Source of the DNA: Candidatus Gottesmanbacteria bacterium
Lineage (GTDB): Bacteria > Patescibacteriota > Microgenomatia > UBA10105 > UBA927
Assembly: GCA_963701185.1 (NCBI GenBank)
Contig: OY969569.1
Coordinates: forward strand, 615,486 to 665,547
DNA length: 50,062 nt
Reading direction: 5' to 3'
The translations under genes were made by a program, and so were the position numbers. A model generated the notes under the pieces. That model saw only the letters and a program-made list of their open reading frames with translations. It had not been told where the DNA came from and ran no database searches. Of the stretch, positions 36,158-43,639 are shown one piece after another (the stretch's first letter is position 1; each line of letters begins with the position of its first letter).

Positions 36158-36229
36158 CGCTCCCGAGAGGAATCGGACCCCTATTAGACCCTTAGGACGG
36201 GCCAGTTCTATCCATTGAACTACGGGAGC
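36158..36229 (-). tRNA. tRNA-Arg(CCT), atypical
   Basis: GCTCCCG/CGGGAGC acceptor, GTTC-AATGGATA-GAAC D arm, GGCCC-GTCCTAA-GGGTC anticodon arm, AGGGG-TCCGATT-CCTCT T arm; no encoded CCA. Confidence 0.75.
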
Positions 36230-36816
36230 CTACTTTGCATTTTACTGTGAATCCGCTTTTTAAACAAATTTTCCGTAAATCCCCCATGCGCGACAAAATC
36301 CGATTCCGCTTTTGCGATTTGTTTTGAAAGGAGAAACGTTGCCATGTGGCACAAGGTGAGCATGAGGTTTGCCGCAGTTTCCGGGTCTTTGGGTAAAACC
36401 GGTTTTACCTTTAGGTCACCTAGGGAGCTTAGGTTACCTAGGTGAGTTAAAAATGCCGCGCGCTTCCGAAAGGTTTGAATTTTCGGGTGGGTTTTCGGCC
36501 AAATCCGGAGACTTCTTTGTCGTAAAAAATCCTCATAATCCGTAATCAGCTCCTCAATAGAGGCTTCTGCAACTCCCAAAAGCTTAATCTCACCCTTTTT
36601 GCTCGTCCAGCTTTGGCCCACTCCCTCAACGATATTCTGTTTGCCCGAACGGGCTGCCTGAACCATTTGATCGATTGTTCTTTTTTGAGGAATTTCCCGT
36701 AGGTGACCTAGGTTTCCTAGGTAACTTAGGTATTTCTGACAAAACTCTACCGTCAGATCATGGATTATCTGGGCATACCGGTAGGTAAGAAGATACTTAT
36801 GTTTGGGCAGGCTCAT
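36220..36816 (-). CDS. Four-helix-bundle (suffix-domain) protein
   Basis: DQMVQAARSGKQNIVEG..KGEIKLLGVAEASIEELITDYEDFLRQR; C-terminal GGFTENLFKKR. Start placed at MSLPK. Confidence 0.85.
   Translation of the reverse strand: MSLPKHKYLLTYRYAQIIHDLTVEFCQKYLSYLGNLGHLREIPQKRTIDQMVQAARSGKQNIVEGVGQSWTSKKGEIKLLGVAEASIEELITDYEDFLRQRSLRIWPKTHPKIQTFRKRAAFLTHLGNLSSLGDLKVKPVLPKDPETAANLMLTLCHMATFLLSKQIAKAESDFVAHGGFTENLFKKRIHSKMQSRLP
36412..36735. repeat. Two TAGGT-based 9-bp arrays (36412-36447, 36700-36735) inside the four-helix-bundle gene
   Basis: TAGGTCACC TAGGGAGCT TAGGTTACC TAGGTGAGT; TAGGTGACC TAGGTTTCC TAGGTAACT TAGGTATTT. Confidence 0.75.
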
Positions 36817-36838
36817 ATATGCTACAATACTAACATAT

Positions 36839-36911
<73 letters not shown>

Positions 36912-36969
36912 CAAAATATTTAAATCCTTCCCCTGGTAAATAACCCAAAAATGCGGTATAATAGCCCCC

Positions 36970-37620
36970 ATGAAGCTTCAGTTCAGCCGTAAAGACGCAG
37001 ATCTCCCCCCGCCCCTGCCGGATGTCATTTTAGCCTCCCAAAGTATCGGCCGCCGCGTTCTGTTGGAAAAATTGGGCTTAAGGTTCCGCGTCGTCGTTTC
37101 CCGTGTGGATGAAGATGCCATTGTCGACCGCGACCCGTTCAAAACCCTGAAAATGCGGGCCGCCGCCAAGGCCAGGGAAATCGTTTCGCACTCCCGCGTG
37201 TATTCACTGCCGGAAACACGGGAAGCCCTCATCATTGCCGCCGATTCCATGGCGGTTATCGGGAAAAAAACCTATGGAAAATCCATCGACCGCGAACAGA
37301 CGCGGGAGATGCTCAAAAGCCTTATGGGCCGCACGCATATCTTCGCAACCGCCATCGTGATCGTCCTCTTTGACGGGACGACCGTGAAAAAAACCTGGGA
37401 AAAAACCGTCAAAACCCGCGTGACGATGCGCCGCCTCACGCCGGTTGAAATAGACAGCTACGTGTCGCGCTTTGACTTTACCCGCTTTGCCGCCGCCTAC
37501 GCGATTAACGAAGCGCCGTGGGACGTGGTCACCAAAATCGACGGCAGTTATACCAATGTCATCGGACTTCCGTTTGAAGTAGTACTCCCGATCCTCCGCC
37601 AGCAAAAAATCATTGTGTAA
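36970..37620 (+). CDS. maf: Maf-family nucleoside triphosphate pyrophosphatase, divergent
   Basis: ILASQSIGRR, VDE, IAADS, YGKS, GSYTNVIGLP. Confidence 0.85.
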   Translation: MKLQFSRKDADLPPPLPDVILASQSIGRRVLLEKLGLRFRVVVSRVDEDAIVDRDPFKTLKMRAAAKAREIVSHSRVYSLPETREALIIAADSMAVIGKKTYGKSIDREQTREMLKSLMGRTHIFATAIVIVLFDGTTVKKTWEKTVKTRVTMRRLTPVEIDSYVSRFDFTRFAAAYAINEAPWDVVTKIDGSYTNVIGLPFEVVLPILRQQKIIV

Positions 37621-37647
37621 CTTCCCTGGCCGCGACAAGGACGTTTC

Positions 37648-37683
37648 TTGACATCCTCCCAATTGTATCATATAGTATATACA
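37648..37683 (+). promoter_or_regulatory. Near-consensus sigma70 promoter, leaderless start of brnT
   Basis: TTGACA-N17-TATAGT-N6-ATG. Confidence 0.75.
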
Positions 37684-37979
37684 TGAAGACCCTGCAGGAA
37701 CCGCTCGCATTCCTTTGGGATCGCGGAAACAGCAAGAAAAACGAGCGTAAACACAGAGTTTCAGATCAGGAAGCCGAAGAGCCATTTTTTGATAAGAAAA
37801 GAAAAATATTTTCAGACCGACTGCATTCAGGAAAGGAAGAACGATTTCGTATTGTAGGAAAGACAAAAAATCACCGATTATTGTTTGTCGCTTTCACGAT
37901 ACGAAAGGGAAGCGTTCGCATCATATCGGCACGTGATATTAATAAAAAGGAGGTATCTCTCTATGAAAAAACCACTTAA
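37683..37979 (+). CDS. brnT: BrnT family toxin
   Basis: FLWDRGNSKKNERKHRVSDQEAEEPFFD..HSGKEERFRIVG..LLFVAFTIR..VRIISAR. Confidence 0.88.
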   Translation: MKTLQEPLAFLWDRGNSKKNERKHRVSDQEAEEPFFDKKRKIFSDRLHSGKEERFRIVGKTKNHRLLFVAFTIRKGSVRIISARDINKKEVSLYEKTT

Positions 37980-38226
37980 ATTACCTACATTTAAAAACGA
38001 AGACGCGGAGCGTGATTTTTGGGCAAAGCTGGATCTGTCGGAGTACTACGAGCCTTCCGATCTTGAACCGGTGAGTTTCCCGAATCTCAAGCCTACCAGC
38101 CGGTCTATTTCTATCCGCATGCCGGAATATCTTATTAATCGGGTGAAAGAAAAAGCCAACGAATTGGATATTCCCTATCAGTCGCTCATGAAACAATACA
38201 TCAGCCGCGGAGTATTTTCTCAATAA
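37963..38226 (+). CDS. brnA: BrnA/CopG-like antitoxin
   Basis: LPTFKNEDAERDFW..ISIRMPEYLINRVKEKANELDIPYQSLMKQYI; overlaps brnT by 17 nt. Confidence 0.82.
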   Translation: MKKPLKLPTFKNEDAERDFWAKLDLSEYYEPSDLEPVSFPNLKPTSRSISIRMPEYLINRVKEKANELDIPYQSLMKQYISRGVFSQ

Positions 38227-38636
38227 AGCTCTTCCTTTGTAAACAACAGGCCTATTTCTTTTTGGGCGGCTTCGGCGGAATCGGAGCGGTGGACGACGTT
38301 GTGGGGTTTGTCCACGCCGAAATCTTTGCGGATTGTCCCCGGCGGAGCCTGCGCCGGATCGGTAGGGCCGCAGATATCAAAGACTTTTTGTATCGAACCC
38401 TCCCCTTCCAGGATAAACGCAACCACGGGCGTGGACATCATCTGGGCGGAGAGTGACGGGAAAAACGGTTTATCTTTGTGATGGGCATACCAGATGTCAA
38501 GGATGCCCTGAGTCAGCCGCACCATTTTGAGTGCGGCCACGGTGAGCCCCGCCGTTTCAAACCGATCGATAATTTTTCCGATGATATGCTTCTTGATTCC
38601 GTCCGGTTTAATTAATACCACTGTCCGTTCTGTCAT
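38220..38636 (-). CDS. ndk: Nucleoside-diphosphate kinase
   Basis: TVVLIKPDG, GPTDPAQAPPGTIRKDFG, NVVHRSDS. Confidence 0.93.
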   Translation of the reverse strand: MTERTVVLIKPDGIKKHIIGKIIDRFETAGLTVAALKMVRLTQGILDIWYAHHKDKPFFPSLSAQMMSTPVVAFILEGEGSIQKVFDICGPTDPAQAPPGTIRKDFGVDKPHNVVHRSDSAEAAQKEIGLLFTKEELY

Positions 38637-38648
38637 AGAGAGAGTGTA

Positions 38649-39929
38649 TTATATTGTGAGCAGCGCCGCAAGCTTGTCATCCTTGGGTTTATTCCACACA
38701 ACCGCCAGATTCAGGGTCTCCTGCCGGATATATTTCGGTAGAAGTATATCAATATCTTTTTTCGTAACCGCTTCGATTTTGGCAAGGTAGCCGTCCAGGG
38801 TAATAATTTTCTGGCCAAAGAGTTCCTGCCGGCCGTAAAATTCGCCCAAAAATTCCGGGTCTTCGCTTTTAAAGGCCAGCATGGTTGCCAGGCGCTTTTT
38901 GGCAACCCGCACTTCCGCATCCGTGACGCCGCCGGCGGCAACCTTGAATAACTCATGCATGACTGCTTTCACCGTTTCTTCAACTTTCGCGGTCGCCACT
39001 CCGGCATAAATGGACCAGTACCCCACATCCTTCCAACTGTCCGCAGTCGAGCGGATGGCATAACAGAGCCCCCGCTTTTCACGGATTTCTTTAAATAACC
39101 GGGAGGTAAACGAGACGCCCATAATGAGGTTAAAGAGGTTCCAGGCAAACCGGTCATGAGAATCGCGGTTGAAGGCGCGCAGTCCGAGGGTAATATGCGC
39201 CTGCCGGGCATCGGGTTTGGTGACGACTTCGACCTTCGGCTCGGATTGCCTATCGACAACAAGCTCAATATCCTTCAAGGACTCTCCTTGAAGTCGCCCG
39301 AACCATTCTTTCGTTTTATTCATGATTCCTGATTCATGATTCCTGATTCTTCCTGCCAGCACCACAACAAGCCGATCCGGCGTGTACCAGCTATCGTGAT
39401 ATGATTTCAGTTCTTTTGAACCCACTGCCCGCAGGGATTTTTCTTTCCCGATAATCGGCATCCCCAATTTCGTCCCGGGGTAGAGCATGTGGTGAAACGT
39501 CTCGCCGACTTTCACTGCCGGTTCATCTTCATACCGTTTCATTTCTTCCCTAATGACATCCCGTTCGCGGTCAACGTGTTTTTGTTCCAGTCGCGGTTTT
39601 GTCGCAAGCTCTGTATTCATCTCGAGCGCCAACGGCCAGTCGGAGCTGAGTACTTTATTGTGGTAACTGGTGATATCAATGTCCGTATACGCGTTCTGGA
39701 GGCCTCCGGCCCGTTCGATCGTATTGACATCCTCCGTCGTCGGATACTTTTTTGTCCCTTTAAAAACCATGTGTTCGAGAAAATGCGATATGCCGTTGAC
39801 TTCCGGCGTTTCGTAGCGGGAGCCAGCCGCGACCATCACGGATGTGGCGACAGAATTGACGCCCTCCATGGGGATCATCAACAGGCGCACACCATTTGAC
39901 AGGGTTACTTTTTGAAAAGGAAGGGTCAT
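38649..39929 (-). CDS. M16 (pitrilysin-like) zinc peptidase
   Basis: AGSRYE..GISHFLEHMVFKGT (HxxEH); SRLFKEIREKRGLCY. Confidence 0.92.
   Translation of the reverse strand: MTLPFQKVTLSNGVRLLMIPMEGVNSVATSVMVAAGSRYETPEVNGISHFLEHMVFKGTKKYPTTEDVNTIERAGGLQNAYTDIDITSYHNKVLSSDWPLALEMNTELATKPRLEQKHVDRERDVIREEMKRYEDEPAVKVGETFHHMLYPGTKLGMPIIGKEKSLRAVGSKELKSYHDSWYTPDRLVVVLAGRIRNHESGIMNKTKEWFGRLQGESLKDIELVVDRQSEPKVEVVTKPDARQAHITLGLRAFNRDSHDRFAWNLFNLIMGVSFTSRLFKEIREKRGLCYAIRSTADSWKDVGYWSIYAGVATAKVEETVKAVMHELFKVAAGGVTDAEVRVAKKRLATMLAFKSEDPEFLGEFYGRQELFGQKIITLDGYLAKIEAVTKKDIDILLPKYIRQETLNLAVVWNKPKDDKLAALLTI
39318..39350. repeat. 7-bp array in frame inside the M16 peptidase gene
   Basis: CATGATT CCTGATT CATGATT CCTGATT; encodes RIRNHESGIMN. 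Confidence 0.7.
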
Positions 39930-40450
39930 AAGCGCCTCGGAGCCGCAGGAGACATAAGAAGTGATCCGGGAATCGGTACAATGCGCACATTCTCTCCTAA
40001 ATCTCCTTCGATATCCTTCGCGATCCCCATAGCAGATAACGCATGCAATGCACTCATTTTTTTCGACCGGTTTCCGTCGGCATGTATCGGATATTCCTCC
40101 CCACCATTATGAATATTCAGGAAGCCATGGAACCCATTTCCGGTTGCATCGCCAGAATTACCCGTTGCCTGCCTATTGGCATCGACCATCCACCGGAGTC
40201 CCGGAAAATCTCCGTGTGCCTCATCGAATGAGAAAGGAAGTTTTAATGTTCGTGTCTCTTCACAATCGCCGCTCACGAGTAAACCATATAATATGGCATC
40301 CCGCATATGTATTTCTGTCAAAAACAGCGTATGACTGCCCCATACCCTGGCATCCAACCAACTGCGAAGCTCGGGATCTGTTTCCCCGCGAATACCCCGT
40401 CTTCCTATGTTTTCCTCATGACATCGATAAAAATCCGGAGATGGTGACAT
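39926..40450 (-). CDS. Hypothetical protein
   Basis: Open frame whose TGA overlaps the peptidase ATG (ATGA); TTGACG-N17-TATATT upstream of ATG 40450; no recognised motif. Confidence 0.55.
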   Translation of the reverse strand: MSPSPDFYRCHEENIGRRGIRGETDPELRSWLDARVWGSHTLFLTEIHMRDAILYGLLVSGDCEETRTLKLPFSFDEAHGDFPGLRWMVDANRQATGNSGDATGNGFHGFLNIHNGGEEYPIHADGNRSKKMSALHALSAMGIAKDIEGDLGENVRIVPIPGSLLMSPAAPRRL

Positions 40451-40517
40451 ACTATGGAGAAATATATACCAAAAAGACCGTATCGTCAATCTTAACTTTA
40501 TTATTTCCCTTTACCCC

Positions 40518-40553
40518 TTGATACGGAGACCATTTTCCTTGATACTCATCGTA
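40518..40553 (+). promoter_or_regulatory. Putative promoter, leaderless start
   Basis: TTGATA-N17-GATACT-N6-ATG. Confidence 0.55.
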
Positions 40554-40951
40554 TGACCCCTGATGACATTCGCCAGCACATAGAACTGCAGATCGTGGAT
40601 CTTATCAAAAAGAAACTCGCCGATGGCTCGATGACCGAAGAGCGTGCCCAACAGGCATCACAGATCGTCTTGGATACGCTGACGCCCGGCATGGGCTATG
40701 AGGAGTTGTATCAGGCCGTGGGCAAACTTGATGACGTGGTACAGGAACTGGCGCCGGTCGTCCTCCCCTTGATGCAGCAATATGAACGGGAGATCGTCAA
40801 GCCGATCCAAAAAAATGTGACGGAACTTATTATGCAGGGACAATATGACGCGGCAACCAATCTCGCCAAACAAGCCATCGGGCAGGATGTGAAGCTTGAA
40901 TACGTCGGAGCAGGAAAACCGAGTATGTCAATTTCCGTGAGATCTTTTTGA
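40553..40951 (+). CDS. Hypothetical helical protein
   Basis: 132-aa ORF with plausible composition and a matching promoter. Confidence 0.7.
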   Translation: MTPDDIRQHIELQIVDLIKKKLADGSMTEERAQQASQIVLDTLTPGMGYEELYQAVGKLDDVVQELAPVVLPLMQQYEREIVKPIQKNVTELIMQGQYDAATNLAKQAIGQDVKLEYVGAGKPSMSISVRSF

Positions 40952-41470
40952 GGGACGACCGATTATCGCCCGATGGATATCATCGGTCCATTCAAGGATA
41001 TTACCAACTGCGGGAACAATAAACTCTGTCAATTCATCAACTTTCTTCCCTACCTTGTCGACTTTCTTCTCTATCCCATCAACTTTTGTTTCGACGGCAG
41101 AAATCCGTTTATCGACGTTATCAACTTTTGTTTCGACGGCAGAAATCCGTTTATCGACGTTATCAACTTTTGTTTCGACGGTAGAAATCCGTTTATCGAC
41201 GTTATCAACTTTTGTTTCGACGGTAGAAATCCGTTTATCGACGTTATCAACTTTTGTTTCGACGGTAGAAATCCGTTTATCGACGTTATCAACTTTTGTT
41301 TCGACGGCAGAAATCCGTTTATCGACGTTATCAACTTTTGTTTCGACGGTAGAAATCCGTTTATCGACGTTATCAACTTTTGTTTCGACGCGCGCAACAT
41401 CTTTTTTAACCGGTTCAAGTTTCTCTTCCACGAGAGAACCAATATTTTGAAGATCTTTTTTCGTTAACAT
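40928..41470 (-). CDS. Coiled-coil protein with seven 14-aa repeats
   Basis: (VETKVDNVDKRIS[T/A]) x7; MLTKKDLQNIG N-terminus; promoter-supported start. Confidence 0.8.
   Translation of the reverse strand: MLTKKDLQNIGSLVEEKLEPVKKDVARVETKVDNVDKRISTVETKVDNVDKRISAVETKVDNVDKRISTVETKVDNVDKRISTVETKVDNVDKRISTVETKVDNVDKRISAVETKVDNVDKRISAVETKVDGIEKKVDKVGKKVDELTEFIVPAVGNILEWTDDIHRAIIGRPSKRSHGN
41078..41390. repeat. 42-bp tandem repeat, 7 full units plus a partial unit
   Basis: ATCAACTTTTGTTTCGACGG(C/T)AGAAATCCGTTTATCGACGTT. Confidence 0.95.
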
Positions 41471-41505
41471 GATTTCACTGTACGTCGTGAAAACTTGCGA
41501 GTCAA
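41470..41505 (-). promoter_or_regulatory. Putative promoter, leaderless start
   Basis: TTGACT-N17-TACAGT-N6-ATG. Confidence 0.65.
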
Positions 41506-41550
41506 CAATGGATTTCGGGATATTTCGGTCGAAGTGGTATAATAGTGATC

Positions 41551-42249
41551 ATGAAGTATTTCCGTAAACACCCGGACCTACTTATCATCGCCAACTACCC
41601 GGATGGGACGCATCGCGTCCGCCACGGGCGGCTGACGACCCCGGCGCAGTTGTCCAAAATACTCGTTCACACCATCCTCTCCATGCTTGCCAAAACCAAA
41701 AAAATTCTTCTTCTGACCGACGCAACCGAAGAAAAAAAGCATGCCGGTTTTATCACACGCACCTCGTGGGTCAACGGCAAACCCCTTTCGATGTTTCAGC
41801 TCATCAGCCGCCTTATTTATAATCATGAAACCCATACCATCTGCATCCTTTTTCACCCCGACCTCTTCGGCCGGTTCTGGACCGATTTTATTACCCTGTT
41901 TCTTATCGCGACACTCCGGATTACCGGCAAGCATGCAATGATTGTGTTTTTAACAACCCCCAAACTTTCTCTTCAACCGACGATGGTGCAAACATTCAGG
42001 TATTTTATACGGGTCGGACTGCTCGGCGTCCTTACGACGATTGCCACACAGGCAGTCGTGGGAGAAAAACCGTTTGCGGGCAAACTCATACACATGACCG
42101 GGAAAAAGACTGTCCTTGCCATCCCCATGAAGTTCCGGTCCATGAAGGAACGGAGAATCGTAGGGAAGCTCATGGGCGAAGTACTCTTCCCCTCGCCGAC
42201 CCACAACCTCGGGCTGGCGAATATGCTCAAAAAAGAATCGTTAACGTAA
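41551..42249 (+). CDS. Hypothetical protein with hydrophobic segments
   Basis: Long ORF; extended -10 TGGTATAAT 7 nt before ATG 41551. Confidence 0.6.
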   Translation: MKYFRKHPDLLIIANYPDGTHRVRHGRLTTPAQLSKILVHTILSMLAKTKKILLLTDATEEKKHAGFITRTSWVNGKPLSMFQLISRLIYNHETHTICILFHPDLFGRFWTDFITLFLIATLRITGKHAMIVFLTTPKLSLQPTMVQTFRYFIRVGLLGVLTTIATQAVVGEKPFAGKLIHMTGKKTVLAIPMKFRSMKERRIVGKLMGEVLFPSPTHNLGLANMLKKESLT

Positions 42250-42250
42250 T

Positions 42251-42904
42251 TTAGCGACAGCCTGTTGCTTTTGAAAATCCGGCCGCGGCTGCCTCCCCCT
42301 CCGTACAAAACCACGAATCTCCGAACGCTTCATCCACAATGACCTGCGTGTAATTGTCGCAGCCCTGCACATGATACGTTTTCTTTCCGTCACGCACATT
42401 GCCTTTGATAAGACAATCTGTTGAAGACGTTCTACATGTGGATGAAAATATTCCTATCTTTTTTGTTTTCGCCTCATCATATGCCTGTTTCAGCGTTGCT
42501 TTATAGTCGTTCGGCGCGGAAAACGTATTTCGTGCCAGTCCAGCCGAGAGCATGGCGCGGTTTACCAGAGGATCACCATGGTGTTGGAGGTAGGCAATCC
42601 ATGTACGAAAATCTTCCACAATTACAATAGCTAAAACTCTCCCATAATCATCTGTTACTATATCTTTAAGCCTCACATGTTTACCCAGTACTAAGCCGCT
42701 AAGCTCTTTCCTTGCTTCCTCTGCCAGACATCGTCCCCGCTCCGGCGCATCGATTCCTAAAAGCCGCACGCGCCTTCCGTCCGCAAGCCGGATACTGTCC
42801 CCGTCCGGGACCGAGACGACGCGGGTGCGTTCATAGTTTTGCCGGAGGAAAAAAAGGTTGAGTACTATGGAGAGTATCACCAGTACCCATAGACCCTTTT
42901 GCAT
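42251..42904 (-). CDS. Thermonuclease (SNase-like) with N-terminal anchor and C-terminal Cys-containing domain
   Basis: PDGDSIRL, VRLLGIDAPE, DDYGRVLA; CLIKGNV..KTYHVQGC..WFCTEGEAAAAGF. Confidence 0.88.
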   Translation of the reverse strand: MQKGLWVLVILSIVLNLFFLRQNYERTRVVSVPDGDSIRLADGRRVRLLGIDAPERGRCLAEEARKELSGLVLGKHVRLKDIVTDDYGRVLAIVIVEDFRTWIAYLQHHGDPLVNRAMLSAGLARNTFSAPNDYKATLKQAYDEAKTKKIGIFSSTCRTSSTDCLIKGNVRDGKKTYHVQGCDNYTQVIVDEAFGDSWFCTEGEAAAAGFSKATGCR

Positions 42905-42931
42905 ATGATAAGCATAGCATATACTACAGAC

Positions 42932-43633
42932 ATGGGATTTCTTCTTCTGTTATTTGCTGAACTTTTCTTTCTCTTTTTCCTTTCCCAACGGCTCACGCAA
43001 TCGGTCTTTGACCTGTGCCTCCTTCTTTTCCGCGCCCGGTCGGTGGCAATCACAATTATTACGATCATTAATTTCCCCGGTACCGTTATCCATGAGCTCT
43101 CGCATCTGTTTACCGCTGAAGTGTTGGGGGTGCGGACCGGAAAACTGACCCTTGTTCCCGAATCCATACAATCGGATGAAATAAAAGCGGGCAGTGTGAT
43201 GATCGCCCAAACTGATCCATTCCGGCGCTATCTCATCGGCCTTGCGCCGATGGTCACCGGGTTGATTACTATCTCTGCCCTTTCCTATGCATTATTCATG
43301 ATTCATTATTCATTATTCACCTACGGTATTTTGTATCTCCTGCTTGCCGTATCCAACGCCATGTTTTCTTCGCCCGAGGATCTTAAAGGGTTCCTTCCGT
43401 TTATCGTGACATTGGGTATTATGGCTGCGGCCGCGTATATAGCCGGCTTCCGGATCGGTATCACAGGCCCGGCGCTTTCCGTCGCCACACAGATTTTGGA
43501 TGCGCTGACCAAAAGTTTGGGGATCGTCCTGGCCATCAATATCATCGGGATTATTCTGACGAAGCTATTGATTGCTCTCACGGAAAAACTCACGCGGAGA
43601 AAAATATATCATAATTTCAAAGCTAAGCTTTGA
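42932..43633 (+). CDS. M50-like membrane metalloprotease family protein
   Basis: PGTVIHELSH (HExxH), IGLAP, PEDL, several TM segments. Confidence 0.7.
   Translation: MGFLLLLFAELFFLFFLSQRLTQSVFDLCLLLFRARSVAITIITIINFPGTVIHELSHLFTAEVLGVRTGKLTLVPESIQSDEIKAGSVMIAQTDPFRRYLIGLAPMVTGLITISALSYALFMIHYSLFTYGILYLLLAVSNAMFSSPEDLKGFLPFIVTLGIMAAAAYIAGFRIGITGPALSVATQILDALTKSLGIVLAINIIGIILTKLLIALTEKLTRRKIYHNFKAKL
43294..43321. repeat. 7-bp ATTCATT array in frame inside the M50-like gene
   Basis: ATTCATG ATTCATT ATTCATT ATTCACC; encodes FMIHYSLFT. Confidence 0.6.
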
Positions 43634-43639
43634 TTTTTT

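Noticed and set aside
36558-36564. Missing 5' half (GCCTCTA) of the orphan tRNA fragment
   Set aside because: The 7-mer lies in the EASIEEL codons and is not followed by a D arm; chance match.
41078-41390. CRISPR array
   Set aside because: Units are contiguous with no unique spacers, keep a coding frame, and no cas genes are present.
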